A DNA stretch of 63,709 bases, the filler included, from Candidatus Nezhaarchaeota archaeon WYZ-LMO8 (GTDB lineage Archaea; Thermoproteota; Methanomethylicia; Nezhaarchaeales; WYZ-LMO8): assembly GCA_004347965.1 (NCBI GenBank). It is 4 parts of 3 records of this genome, joined end to end, with 100 filler letters (N's around TTAATTAATTAA, not from the genome) between each part and the next. Parts side by side here need not be neighbours in the genome. Positions count along the whole stretch, not along the records: positions 1 to 2,000 come from QNVF01000001.1; positions 2,101 to 4,847 come from QNVF01000001.1; positions 4,948 to 35,377 come from QNVF01000014.1; 1 more part is not named here. One strand, given 5' to 3'. How positions within the stretch are numbered: the stretch's first letter is position 1; each line of letters opens with the position of its first letter. The notes under the pieces were generated by a model. That model did no database searches. It had not been told where the DNA came from and saw only the letters and a list, made by a program, of their open reading frames with translations. Of this stretch, positions 1-10,119 are shown one piece after another. A program made the position numbers and the translations under genes.

Positions 1-893
1 AACGAGGTTATACTTTTTCCAACAAGGCTTGAAATGTTGAGCTGTTATTGGCTAATACCCACCCAATACGTAAGCCTTGTTAAGGCACCAGAATCAGTAA
101 ATGCTTTTCACCTTATCTCTGAAAATTGGCGTGTGAAAGGCATCTTGAAAGCTAAACTCGAATGAGATTGAAAACATAGAAGTGAGGACACCCTTTGTAT
201 AAGGCTTAAGTCAGGTCAACGAATACCTGTCCTGTACCATAAGGAAAAAGAGACATTATTATCGTGAAAATTAATAAATGAATTTGCAAATACCATTGGC
301 AGAGATAGGGAAAAGTCAAAAACTTCCATCGAGGGGGCATATCTAACGAAGATTAGGAGACTCCTTGATGCGAAGATGAGGGATGAGTTGAAGATTCTAA
401 ATCCCATTGCATGATAATTGTCTTAAAAATTAAGGGAACGGAGTTTCGTCAAGAACATGGAATTACTTAGCGGACTCTGGAATGGCTTTTCACAATAGAA
501 ATGTTTCCATGTATACTGGGACAAATAAAATAATGGCAGAAAGGTTATTATTAACAGAGGCGCTTGAGAAAGGCATAAAAATAGATTTAGCCAAGTAACC
601 CTCATAAGAGGATTCCATTTAAATTAATTTTTGATTTATTGCAGTAACCTCACTTTAGGTTTAAAAACAGTCATATTTAAGGTTCATAAGTTTGCATATG
701 CTATCAAGCCTCTATAGTTTGTATCCGTAATTTTTTGCGTTTTTAAGCCTATGTCTTCCATTAGTAAAATGACGCTCTAGCTACCTACTCAAGAACCGCT
801 ATTTAACCCTACACTAGATACTTATACTCTACGTTAATTAAGAAAGTGCAAAAAGTTGCCCTTTTATAATAACCGGGCATAACTAGATTCTAC

Positions 894-2000
894 TTACACA
901 AACTTACTAACGATTCTTTTAAATTCCTCATCTGTTAGAACGCGCTTTTTCTCTTCTGAGTAGGTTTTAACAGCTTCAAGTATCTGTTCAAGCTTGTCTT
1001 CAGGGACCTTTAACCCTAACTTCTCCATCTTGTATACAATGGAGTCTTTGCCACTCTTCTTTCCCAGAACAATTTTTACTGAGTCGTGCCCGACAAAACT
1101 TGGCAAGAATGGAAGCATTTCTAGTGGCATTCCCATCTTCTCGAGACGAGACCACCATCCAGCTATTATTCCAGACTCCACAGTAAATATATTATCGCCA
1201 ACTATCGGCCTGTTCTGAGGCATCTTCACGCGAGTCATCTTCTCCACAACCTTTGATAGCTTGCGAAGTTTTTCGGTTTTCATTCCAGTTTTCACTCCAT
1301 AGAGAAGCTCAAGAGCCATAACAACCTCTGCGAGAGAAGCGTTTCCAGCTCTCTCACCTATACCATTTACAGTTGTATGAACAATTTCAGCGCCAGCCGC
1401 CACAGCTGAAATCGTATTCGCGACAGCTAGTCCAAAATCGTTATGACAATGAATTTCTAATGGTTTCTTCACTCTTTCTTTGAGTTTCCTGACAAAATAA
1501 TGTATTGCGTGCGGTGAGCAGACGCCAAAAGTATCAGCTACAACTAGTGAGTCCATATGGCCTTCTGTTGCAACAGCATTTATTAAACTCCAGCAAGTCT
1601 CAAATTTCGCCCTTGTTGAATCTATTGTGAAGAATGCCACATGCAATCCATGTTCATGGGCATATGAAGTGGCCTCAACAGCAAGTTTAATAGCCTTATC
1701 TTCAGACCATCCATAAGCATAAGATAACAGATGATCGCTTGAAGGGATCTCCATTACAACACCGTCAACCCCACATTTAAGTGCAAGATCAACATCACGT
1801 TTCATACATCTCGTAAATGCGAATATTTTGGCATTTAATCCATCACTGGCTATTGCTTTAACTGCTTCCATCTCTTCTTTTGAAACGGCTGGCATTCCAG
1901 CCTCAATTCTCTGCACGCCAGCCTCATCCAACAACCTTGCAACTTTAATCTTTTCTTGCTTTCTAAAGATCACGTTTGCTTGCTGTTCACCGTCTCTAAG
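894..2000 (-). CDS. DRE-TIM acyltransferase of the LeuA/homocitrate synthase family; 5' end cut by contig edge; no C-terminal regulatory domain
   Basis: Frame is open to the gap and begins LRDGEQQ (DRE motif); has HCHNDFGLAVAN and GIGERAGNA motifs; ends in a GKKSG...LTDEEF helical tail. Confidence 0.85.
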   Translation of the reverse strand, partial: LRDGEQQANVIFRKQEKIKVARLLDEAGVQRIEAGMPAVSKEEMEAVKAIASDGLNAKIFAFTRCMKRDVDLALKCGVDGVVMEIPSSDHLLSYAYGWSEDKAIKLAVEATSYAHEHGLHVAFFTIDSTRAKFETCWSLINAVATEGHMDSLVVADTFGVCSPHAIHYFVRKLKERVKKPLEIHCHNDFGLAVANTISAVAAGAEIVHTTVNGIGERAGNASLAEVVMALELLYGVKTGMKTEKLRKLSKVVEKMTRVKMPQNRPIVGDNIFTVESGIIAGWWSRLEKMGMPLEMLPFLPSFVGHDSVKIVLGKKSGKDSIVYKMEKLGLKVPEDKLEQILEAVKTYSEEKKRVLTDEEFKRIVSKFV

Positions 2001-2100
2001 NNNNNNNNNNNNNNNNNNNNNNNNNNNNNNNNNNNNNNNNNNNNTTAATTAATTAANNNNNNNNNNNNNNNNNNNNNNNNNNNNNNNNNNNNNNNNNNNN
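2001..2100. other. Artificial contig linker (N-run, TTAATTAATTAA, N-run)
   Basis: 100-nt spacer with stops in all six frames; identical in form to the other two linkers. Confidence 0.98.
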
Positions 2101-2350
2101 CGATTACGTGGACGGTAAGCCCATAGCAGCCAAGGTCAAGATGGAAGTACACACGTGTGAGGGATTTAGTGGTCATAGTGATAGAAAGCAACTACTAAGA
2201 TTTGTGGAGAGAGTAGCGCCGAAGCCTCATAAGATAATACTATGTCATGGAGAAAGCGAGAAAATAGCAAGCCTAGCTTCAAGCATAGAGAGGTACTACA
2301 AGATTCCTACACTAACACCCGACTTTCTGGACTCCGTCAGGATCAGATGA
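2101..2350 (+). CDS. C-terminal fragment of a beta-CASP ribonuclease (aCPSF1/FttA type)
   Basis: GFSGHSDRKQL and LCHGE motifs of the beta-CASP/RMMBL region; ends LDSVRIR as aCPSF1 does; 5' truncated by the gap. Confidence 0.85.
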
Positions 2351-2369
2351 CGGAGATCCGTCATTAAAA

Positions 2370-2873
2370 CTACATGAGACCTAAATCTTTTAGCTTACTC
2401 CATATCTTATCGCCTACATGATGTAGATTCTTCACAACTTTACCTCTAGACATAGATGCTACTTCTGAACTGGAGACTATGGCTACGCCAATGCATAGAG
2501 GCTTTCCGTGCTTCTCATCGATTACTACGACCAAGTCATCTCTCGCAAATTCTCCCTGAACTTTAACGATGCCGGGAGCCATTACGTCAGCTCCGTTGAC
2601 TATGTGCTTAACAGCTCCCAAGTCAACTACGATCTTGGGCAGCTCTATTAAGCCATTACTCAATGCCTTTAAAGATGGGATAAGCTTACCCGATATCTTC
2701 ATGATTATCGGCTCACCATCGATGACATACACGCACTCGTCCTTACCCACTTGAACTACTTCCCACCTGGATTTACGGTCTAATGTAGCTTTAAGCTTAA
2801 ACTTTTCTTCGATAGCCGATACTATCTCTTTACTCTCGCTCTTACTCAAGAAGCGTCTATGCGCTTTTGACAT
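2370..2873 (-). CDS. PUA-domain RNA-binding protein (DUF1947/MCT-1-like)
   Basis: VVDLGAVKHIVNGADVMAPGI and HHVGDKIW motifs; probable start is the ATG at 2873. Confidence 0.9.
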   Translation of the reverse strand: MSKAHRRFLSKSESKEIVSAIEEKFKLKATLDRKSRWEVVQVGKDECVYVIDGEPIIMKISGKLIPSLKALSNGLIELPKIVVDLGAVKHIVNGADVMAPGIVKVQGEFARDDLVVVIDEKHGKPLCIGVAIVSSSEVASMSRGKVVKNLHHVGDKIWSKLKDLGLM

Positions 2874-2963
2874 AACCAACCATTTTGAGCATTTTACTGC
2901 TAAGCTTAAAAAAGTATATATTTTTAACAATAGAACGAAAGTTAGGTTTGGCAGGGTCCAACT

Positions 2964-3191
2964 ATGTCAGAGACAACATTAGCGATATTGGCATCCTCGA
3001 TAGGTAGCCAAATACTTGTTAGACTTAAAGGCGGTAGGGAGTTGCGAGGCAAGTTAAAGAGCTACGATCAACATCTAAACATAGTCCTTGAGGATGCTGA
3101 AGAATTAAAGCAGAATGGTGAGCCAAAGAAGCATGGGCTAATACTAATTAGGGGAGATAGCATAGTCTTAATAAGCCCAGTATCCAAGTAG
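2964..3191 (+). CDS. Sm-like archaeal protein (Lsm/SmAP1)
   Basis: Sm1 motif [14 protein letters not shown] and Sm2 motif IRGDSI; lies directly upstream of L37e, the conserved archaeal arrangement. Confidence 0.95.
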   Translation: MSETTLAILASSIGSQILVRLKGGRELRGKLKSYDQHLNIVLEDAEELKQNGEPKKHGLILIRGDSIVLISPVSK

Positions 3192-3205
3192 CGGAGGACT
3201 ACGTC

Positions 3206-3397
3206 ATGGTTAAGGGGACAACTTCTTTTGGAAAAATGAACAAAGGAGCGACGCACATCAAGTGTAGAAGATGTGGTAGAAGATCTTACAATAAGAAGAA
3301 GCACTACTGTGCTGCATGCGGCTTTGGTAAATCAAGCAGATTAAGGAGGTACTCTTGGCAAAACAAGCCGTTAAATAGAGCTTATCGTCTTGTTTAA
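3206..3397 (+). CDS. rpl37e: 50S ribosomal protein L37e
   Basis: [10 protein letters not shown]...CRRCGRRSY...CAACGFG zinc ribbon. Confidence 0.97.
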   Translation: MVKGTTSFGKMNKGATHIKCRRCGRRSYNKKKHYCAACGFGKSSRLRRYSWQNKPLNRAYRLV

Positions 3398-3448
3398 AAT
3401 CATTCATCGATGGAAACGTTAATACCCAACCTCGCCATAATTATGGCA

Positions 3449-3522
3449 GGGCCGGTAGATCAGCCTGGTGGATCGCCCGCTTGGCATGCGGGAGGTCGCG
3501 GGTTCAAGTCCCGCCCGGTCCA
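3449..3522 (+). tRNA. tRNA-Ala(GGC), intronless, CCA not encoded
   Basis: Acceptor stem GGGCCGG/CCGGTCC with the G3:U70 Ala identity pair and discriminator A; anticodon arm CCCGC-TTGGCAT-GCGGG; T-loop GGTTCAAGTCC. Confidence 0.95.
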
Positions 3523-4071
3523 CTAAATTTTAAGCGAATCCTTAAGTAAAGAGAACGTTCTTCTCCTTTAATCAATGAGAGTTTAGCATTAAATACAAGG
3601 ATTTGATTGAGCCTGTGTTTTGCGAGAAATAGATTTTACAATTTTATTTTACATATACGCCCTCCCGACCCCCTCAATAGTAATTGTATTTTCGGCAAAA
3701 AGGAAACTATGAATACTAACTCTAAGCACCATTATGTCTTCTCTCGAATTTATTTTCCCCCTAAAGCTCGTAAAAGGTTAAGAAGCGTGAACAATGGACA
3801 TTTCTCATGGAGCAGCTTGAACGACCCTTTGTCATAGCTCATGATTAAGTAATGCCTGAGGATCATGGGAAGCAGTAGAACTTGTATCGGTTCTACGGTA
3901 TTTAAGCCTAAAGACTTAATAACTCAGTCAAAGCCTTCCTTGAGATTCCAAGAATATGACGATCTGAGACATCAATAAAATGCTTCATCTCTGCCGATAC
4001 AAACTCGGATAATTTATTAAAAGATGCTCAAAACATAGATACAAGTATTTACTACAATTAAAAGAATTGGT

Positions 4072-4632
4072 TTACAGGTTTTTCCAGAAGTTTTCTGTTA
4101 TGCCTTTTACCTCCAGTCTTCCTTTAAGCTTTTCTATGATTGGTTTGGCGTCTTCCCATTCCTCTTCTGTGAGCGGTGAAGCTCCTGTCTTCTCTACTAT
4201 TGTCTTGATTATCTGTTTTGCGTTTAATTCTCCTATATCAGTTTTTGGCACGATGAGCCATATGTCGTAGAAAAGTGTTGGCCTGAACACCCTTGGTATT
4301 TCTGCTAGGAACTCCAGTATTATGCTGTCTTCGGTTTCAACTCCAGACCTGTAAAACACCTTTTTCATTGTTGCAATAAACACTCCTGTGGGGAGGAAGA
4401 AGGCAAGCGCTAAGCTCTTTATAAGCTGACTAGCCGTGACTGTTATGCCTCTAGTCTCAGCAATTCTGTCCAGGGCCGCCTTGGCCTCATCCCTATCAAG
4501 CTCTTTAAACTTTACATTCATTTTTCTGAGAATCTCCACTAAAGGCTTTCTAACTATGAGGCCCAAACCAAAAGTTTTAGAGGCCTTATCAATAAACCTC
4601 TTGCTCACATACAACACAAATGGTTCAAACAA
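4072..4632 (-). CDS. Hypothetical protein, 186 aa
   Basis: Long ORF with protein-like composition, TTG start and upstream AT-rich promoter-like tract; no motif recognised. Confidence 0.7.
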   Translation of the reverse strand: MFEPFVLYVSKRFIDKASKTFGLGLIVRKPLVEILRKMNVKFKELDRDEAKAALDRIAETRGITVTASQLIKSLALAFFLPTGVFIATMKKVFYRSGVETEDSIILEFLAEIPRVFRPTLFYDIWLIVPKTDIGELNAKQIIKTIVEKTGASPLTEEEWEDAKPIIEKLKGRLEVKGITENFWKNL

Positions 4633-4847
4633 AAATTATACCCAAGGGTAAATGCTTTTTTAACCTAATAAATGTTGTGTAACAGACATTAAATGTTTCT
4701 CTTGCCGAGTGCATTGAGCTTTTGCGATCATAGCGCATGCACCTTCTCAAGATTTTTCAAGTCATTCAAATTCTTGCTCAATTATCTTCTACTCTCCCAT
4801 TCTCCTTCCTTAGCTTCATAGCTGGTTCTCCACCCTTAGATATATAC

Positions 4848-4947
4848 NNNNNNNNNNNNNNNNNNNNNNNNNNNNNNNNNNNNNNNNNNNNTTAATTAAT
4901 TAANNNNNNNNNNNNNNNNNNNNNNNNNNNNNNNNNNNNNNNNNNNN
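4848..4947. other. Artificial contig linker
   Basis: N-run, TTAATTAATTAA, N-run. Confidence 0.98.
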
Positions 4948-5280
4948 GGCTTAGGAATAATAAGCAAGAAGCTCGTAAGATACGCGCTTACTGGAGAATG
5001 GATGTCAGCCGCTCAGTGTAAAGAGCTTGGACTAGTTGACATAGTCGTCCCACCAGATCAGCTTGAAGTCGTGGGCATTGAGATGATTGTAAAGATATTG
5101 AGAGCTGCACCACTTGGAGTAAGAGCCATTAAGACTTTGGCTGGAGCTTATAGGAGAACCTACGAGAACCTGATGAGAATTGCAATACAAGAGCTCGTAT
5201 CGCTTTCAATGACAGAAGACTTCACGGAAGGAACCAGAGCCTTTGTTGAAAAGCGTGCTCCAAGATGGAAAGGGAAGTGA
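4948..5280 (+). CDS. C-terminal fragment of an enoyl-CoA hydratase/isomerase (crotonase) family protein
   Basis: LTGEWMSAAQCKELGLVD and TEDFTEGTRAFVEKRAPRWKGK crotonase C-terminus; 5' truncated by the gap. Confidence 0.9.
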   Translation, partial: GLGIISKKLVRYALTGEWMSAAQCKELGLVDIVVPPDQLEVVGIEMIVKILRAAPLGVRAIKTLAGAYRRTYENLMRIAIQELVSLSMTEDFTEGTRAFVEKRAPRWKGK

Positions 5281-5515
5281 AGCCATATAGAGCCAACAAT
5301 TAAGCATGCTAAGCCTTTAATCTCATGCTGAAGCAAACCTCTCCATAGCTCTTAGAGGTAAAGATCTTTTGAGTAAACTGACTTAATTACGTGCTCCAAC
5401 TAATCAGTGAAGTAGGGGGTCTCCAAATGTTCAGCAAATTTTGAGGATATCATAGCCCAGTAAAGAATTAAGGAGATATGAGTGGAGCCCTCACATCGAT
5501 AGCGAGTTTTACGAT

Positions 5516-6667
5516 CTATGGAGAATAACCTTTACCAAATAGTAGTCTCGATATTATCAGCTTCATTATGTCACTCGTACCATCACCTATGAGTAGCCCC
5601 CTTAAAGCTCTAAAAATCCTTTCAAATGGATAGTCTTTGGTGTATCCTACAGCTCCAAATGTTTGAATGACGTCATTTACGGTGCTAAATGCTTCTTCAC
5701 ATCCATACCACTTAGCTGCAGCAGCTTCAGCCATGTATGGCTTCTTGTTGTCAGCTAACCATAGAGCTTTATACGCTAATAGCTTGGCGCACTGGATCTT
5801 GGTCCAGTGCTCAGCTAACCTGAAGCTGACGGCTTCAAACCTCGATATCGGTTGACCGAATGCTGTCCTCTGCTTGGCGTACTTCACAGCTTCTTCAAGA
5901 CACCTCTCAGCTAATCCTAGAGAGGAAAGTGCTATGAGGACCCTTAAAATATTGAATTCCTCCATCAACAAGTAAAATCCTAAGTTCTCCATGCCTATGA
6001 GGTTGCCAACGGGAACCTCCACGTTATCAAATATTACTCCTCCAAATTCACCCTTTAAGTCGCTAGCCATGGACTCTAATTCGTATGGTTCAACTCCTCT
6101 TCGATTAGCTTCTATGAGTAGAAGGCTTATGTTCCTATGAGGTTTATCCGAGGATCCTGTTACCACAGATGCTATGAAGACATCTGCTATTGGAGCACCA
6201 GTTATAAAGGCCTTCTCTCCTTTTACTCTGTATACGTCCCCTAATTTCTCAGCCTTGGTGGTTATTGCAGCAGCATCTGACCCACAACCCGGTTCGGTAA
6301 AGGCTCCAGCTATGAGTAGTTCTCCTCTCAACAATTTACCGATAACTTCCCCTCTTACCTCATCATCAACTATGAAGGGTAATAGCCTTGCAAAGCCAAA
6401 GATTGTTAAGAATATTGGCGCCACAAGTTCATGCCTCCCTAAAGTCTCAGCGACAATTCCTTGGCTAACGTTGTCCAATGGGGAGCCCCCAAGCTCCTCT
6501 GGTATGTTCATTCCAGTTAAGCCAATATTACTCAGCTTTTTTAGTAGGTCTCGAGGGAAGCTCCTTTCCTTGACCCACTTGCTTACATAAGGATCTACCT
6601 CTTTCTTACAAAACTCTTCAATGGAATTCCTCAGGAGCTCCTGCTCTTTAGTGAAGGAGAAGTCCAT
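5516..6667 (-). CDS. Acyl-CoA dehydrogenase
   Basis: AFTEPGCGSDA, GEKAFIT, RTAFGQPISRFEAV and QTFGAVGY motifs. Confidence 0.95.
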   Translation of the reverse strand: MDFSFTKEQELLRNSIEEFCKKEVDPYVSKWVKERSFPRDLLKKLSNIGLTGMNIPEELGGSPLDNVSQGIVAETLGRHELVAPIFLTIFGFARLLPFIVDDEVRGEVIGKLLRGELLIAGAFTEPGCGSDAAAITTKAEKLGDVYRVKGEKAFITGAPIADVFIASVVTGSSDKPHRNISLLLIEANRRGVEPYELESMASDLKGEFGGVIFDNVEVPVGNLIGMENLGFYLLMEEFNILRVLIALSSLGLAERCLEEAVKYAKQRTAFGQPISRFEAVSFRLAEHWTKIQCAKLLAYKALWLADNKKPYMAEAAAAKWYGCEEAFSTVNDVIQTFGAVGYTKDYPFERIFRALRGLLIGDGTSDIMKLIISRLLFGKGYSP

Positions 6668-6839
6668 GGAGTAATGAGATAAGAGAGGCCCTATAAGCCT
6701 TATGCCGCAAATCTTTAGCTATGTGGAGTGGGTGAAGCAGAAGGTACAAGCTAAACACCTATGAGGGCATGTAAGAAAACTGAGGGAGCTGGTTGGTGAA
6801 GGCGAGGAGTGCCTTCAATGAGTTAAAGGCTGCGAGCGC

Positions 6840-7202
6840 TCATGGTGAAACCGTTTTTCGAGGACTAAGGGAGGCGCTGAACTCCTCTACTTTCACCAAC
6901 TTTGACCTCCACTTGTATAGCTCCAGCATTTCTCTTCTTATGACGTGTACTTCAAATGGGTCCTTTATCCCCCTCTCCCACAGTTTTACCAACACTTCTT
7001 CCGGCGGCTGGTCCGTGACTACTAGTATGTCTATATCGCTTGATAACGTATACGTACCTTCAACAACACTACCAAAGAGGTAGACTTCGGCGTTCTCATC
7101 CAGTTCCTTAACTGTTTCTACGACTACCTTAAGGTAGTGCTTGAGGTTTCTAAAAACTTCAGCTCTATGCCTAGCTAACTTTACTAAGAGCTTCTCTGAC
7201 AA
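6840..7202 (-). CDS. Minimal nucleotidyltransferase (MNT antitoxin)
   Basis: FGS-x10-DID motif; overlaps the HEPN gene. Confidence 0.9.
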   Translation of the reverse strand: MSEKLLVKLARHRAEVFRNLKHYLKVVVETVKELDENAEVYLFGSVVEGTYTLSSDIDILVVTDQPPEEVLVKLWERGIKDPFEVHVIRREMLELYKWRSKLVKVEEFSASLSPRKTVSP

Positions 7203-7572
7203 CTCTAAACACCCTATCCACTACTCCTCTAACCCTCATCGCTTCTTCAATTCTGAAATCTCTTGGCACGTATCTTGAAGTTATGTAGGCATCTTCGAGT
7301 AAAGCTAGTTCTACGCTATGCTCCACCCACAGCTCTTTAACGTCTTCGTCTCCCGTAAGCTCGTGCACCAATTCGAGTAGCCTTCTAATGCTGTGCGTTC
7401 TCGGATAGTCTACACCCAGAGAGAGTAGAGCCGCCTTCAAGAACAATTGGAGACTTTGCTCGAAACTAAACATCGCTAAGTCATGAAAGCCCTTCTCGAT
7501 CTGAAAAAGGGCGGATTCGTAGAAACGCCTAGATCTCTCCAAGAGACTATTTACTTCATCTTGTTTAGTCAA
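7171..7572 (-). CDS. HEPN-domain protein (HEPN-MNT toxin-antitoxin pair)
   Basis: AMFSFEQSLQLFLKA, YPRTHSI and LEDAYITSRY patterns typical of archaeal HEPN proteins; paired with MNT. Confidence 0.9.
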   Translation of the reverse strand: MTKQDEVNSLLERSRRFYESALFQIEKGFHDLAMFSFEQSLQLFLKAALLSLGVDYPRTHSIRRLLELVHELTGDEDVKELWVEHSVELALLEDAYITSRYVPRDFRIEEAMRVRGVVDRVFRVVREALSKVS

Positions 7573-8048
7573 ACAGTATACACCTCACATGCCTAATACT
7601 AGTGACCTAAATATTTCTTAGGCTTGCCACCTACTCCCAGCGCTAACTCAAACATACGAAGTCTTCGCATATTAACGTTCATTTTTATCTTAGAAATCTA
7701 CTAATGACTAATGATAGAGGAGCACATATTCTTGAAACTGTTCCAATACATTACAAGAAACTGCAAGACCTTTTAAAGCACGCATTACTCCTACAGTCTT
7801 GTAGATGGAGTGTGGCTCATTAAGCAATCTGTGCAGAGTGATTAACATTTTGGTGAGGTCCTCTGATTGAGCTTATAAGTTAAGAGAAGTTTTTGCGGAC
7901 TGATGTAGAGAGGTAATACTAAAGCTATCGATTCTCAATAAATCTTCCTGAGTTTATAGCTCATTTGCTTTCGAGGTTTTACAAAACGCTACGTGAGGCT
8001 ATGAAGCTATATTTGAAGTAAGAAGTTCAGCTCTAACATAGGTTTATA

Positions 8049-8160
8049 TTAAATTGGTGTCATCGTCTCATCCTTGTTCCCCCGCATCCTGCCTGGATTC
8101 TCATTGGGCTCAGGAACGTCCGGGGGGGAACCCCCTAGACCCCACATTTCTTTAGTTAAC
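8049..8160 (-). mobile_element. Probable 3'-end remnant of an IS200/IS605-family tnpB gene
   Basis: GC-rich island in AT-rich DNA translating to MWGLGGSPPDVPEPNENPGRMRGNKDETMT, which resembles the C-terminal tail of archaeal TnpB (recalled, not searched); no RuvC or zinc-finger part upstream. Confidence 0.45.
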
Positions 8161-8716
8161 GCGGGGGCCACATAGTTATTTAAGATGTTTCTTGTCATTA
8201 ACAGTAACTCGGTAAGTTCTTTCTCAATATTGTCTACCAACGTCGTACTTTCATACTCCAAGAGTTTAGCTAACTTCACAGCTATAGTTATGGACGTTCC
8301 AGAAGTTATAGGATAAAGGCCTTTGTCGCTGCAACCTATCTCTGAGCCAGCTCTAGTATAGTTTCGCTGGATTGACTAGCAGCTATAATTCTCTCTTCAA
8401 CCGCATCAATATTGTCAGCCTTGCCTAGCCTATACCAAGTCTCTCCGCAGCTATTCCAGACGTTCTGAGCCTAACACAACTTTTTGGATTTCACATCTGT
8501 TCGTGCTGGTTGATGTAGATGGAAGCACTCATAAGTACCCTATATGTAGCAGGATGAAGTAGTTCGATGAAGGATCGAGAGCTAAAAAGGCTCTCCCCGA
8601 GCTGCTCGAGATTTGAAGTCCTCCACAGCCGAGGTGGAACGAATAGTTGAAAAGAGTTAACTATCCGACAACGGAAAAGGATAAGTCTCTAACCGCTTTT
8701 CACTCTTGGTGTCTTC

Positions 8717-9742
8717 ATGAAGATATGTTTAAGGTTCCACATGAGCAAGATATTTGACTCAGGATGGGCAGCGAAACTCTTGAAGTTCTTTAAGGATTAC
8801 GGTGAGGTTGTGGCAGTGGTCTCCGGAACCATGGGCACCGTCGCAATGATGGATTTTGGGCTAAACCTCAACGTCTTGAAGGAGAGGTTCGTAGATTGGG
8901 CGAATAGGAGGGAGTTTGACTTAGTCATAAGTGCAACTCAAACAACCTCAGTTAACAGAATGCTCGCTGATGGTTGGCATCTTTCCAAGAAGTTGAGGTT
9001 TCCGGTAATCGGAATAGAGACTGGCACCATGACTTTAGCGTACTGGGGGGATGTAAAAGAGGTGGCGGAGGAGTTTGCTGTGAAGTTAGGGTTCAAGCTT
9101 GTAGAGGGACCAGATTTTGGCATCACTTTTTGGAGGGATGAAAAGTTAGAGTATAGGAAGATATTAGCAGTTGAGCCTGGAGATTGGATTTTAGTGAACG
9201 GTATAATAGTTGGGAGGGCTTTTAGAGAAGAGGTGATCTTTGTCTGCGAATCTGGTAGAATATTGGAGATTAAGGGAGTTGAGGTTAATTGGCATGGAGT
9301 TCAGAAGCTTGGCTACATAGATTTAGAGAAGGCCAAGATCGATACGATAAAAGTATTGAGAGACGAGGTTAAGAATAGAGCAAGACTAAGCTACTCAGCT
9401 GGAAGGAAAATTGCCTTCATAGATCACGCTGGATACGAGGTCTTTAAGTTTCTAGAGGAAGGTATTTGTTGTGCAGTCACAATCGGTGATGATACGACAG
9501 CTATTGTAGGAGATATTCTAGAGAGGTTTGGAGTACCAGTGATCGGAGTTGTTGATGGAGACTTAAATGGTCTTCTCCCTACAGCAAAGCTTCATCCGAA
9601 CTCCATGATTCTTAAAGTAAAAAATGATGATGCCTTCGGGAGGAGGATTTATAGAAAAGTATTTCAAGAACGTGAGGTCATTGAAGGTGACTTAGAGTCT
9701 ATAAAGCATGAAATATTGAAGTTGCTTGCTGAAGAAGAATGA
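8717..9742 (+). CDS. DUF2117 family protein (uncharacterised, methanogen-associated)
   Basis: N-terminal H..KIFDSG...GTMG.VA..D and C-terminal VTIGDDTT...GDIL.RFG.PVIGVVDGD patterns. Confidence 0.75.
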   Translation: MKICLRFHMSKIFDSGWAAKLLKFFKDYGEVVAVVSGTMGTVAMMDFGLNLNVLKERFVDWANRREFDLVISATQTTSVNRMLADGWHLSKKLRFPVIGIETGTMTLAYWGDVKEVAEEFAVKLGFKLVEGPDFGITFWRDEKLEYRKILAVEPGDWILVNGIIVGRAFREEVIFVCESGRILEIKGVEVNWHGVQKLGYIDLEKAKIDTIKVLRDEVKNRARLSYSAGRKIAFIDHAGYEVFKFLEEGICCAVTIGDDTTAIVGDILERFGVPVIGVVDGDLNGLLPTAKLHPNSMILKVKNDDAFGRRIYRKVFQEREVIEGDLESIKHEILKLLAEEE

Positions 9743-10119
9743 TGGCCGGTTAATCTGTGACTATTCATTTCATTAATGATCAAGGAGTATGGTAATTCAC
9801 TGCACATCACATCTTATGATTGAGATTTAAAGATCGTCATCGACCCCACGAATTAACACAGGCTTTCTACGCACATAACTTTACAACAATAGAATGAGGT
9901 TGCGTGCTGTTATGTTAACTTAATACCATCTCTTTTGCCCTCTTTTCTACGTTTGTTTAAACTTTCTTCACACTTTTCTACAGGTTTTCTACAGCTTATA
10001 GCCAGTGACGAACATGGCCGAATAGCAATGAGGTCTCAAGAAGAATACGTTAAGTCATGCGAGCTTTTAGTAGTATCTATTTCTCATATTGATCAGGAGC
10101 GATTTAACTTGGTGGGAGG

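Noticed and set aside
2001..2100. TTAATTAATTAA palindrome within N-runs, repeated at 4848-4947 and 35378-35477
   Set aside because: Artificial six-frame-stop linker used to concatenate contigs; not biological.
6840..7572. HEPN-MNT pair as a novel defence system
   Set aside because: A very common, well-described toxin-antitoxin module in thermophilic archaea.
7740..7767. GTTCCAATACATTACAAGAAACTGCAAG, reminiscent of an archaeal CRISPR repeat
   Set aside because: Single copy; no second repeat at spacer distance on either side and no cas genes in the window.
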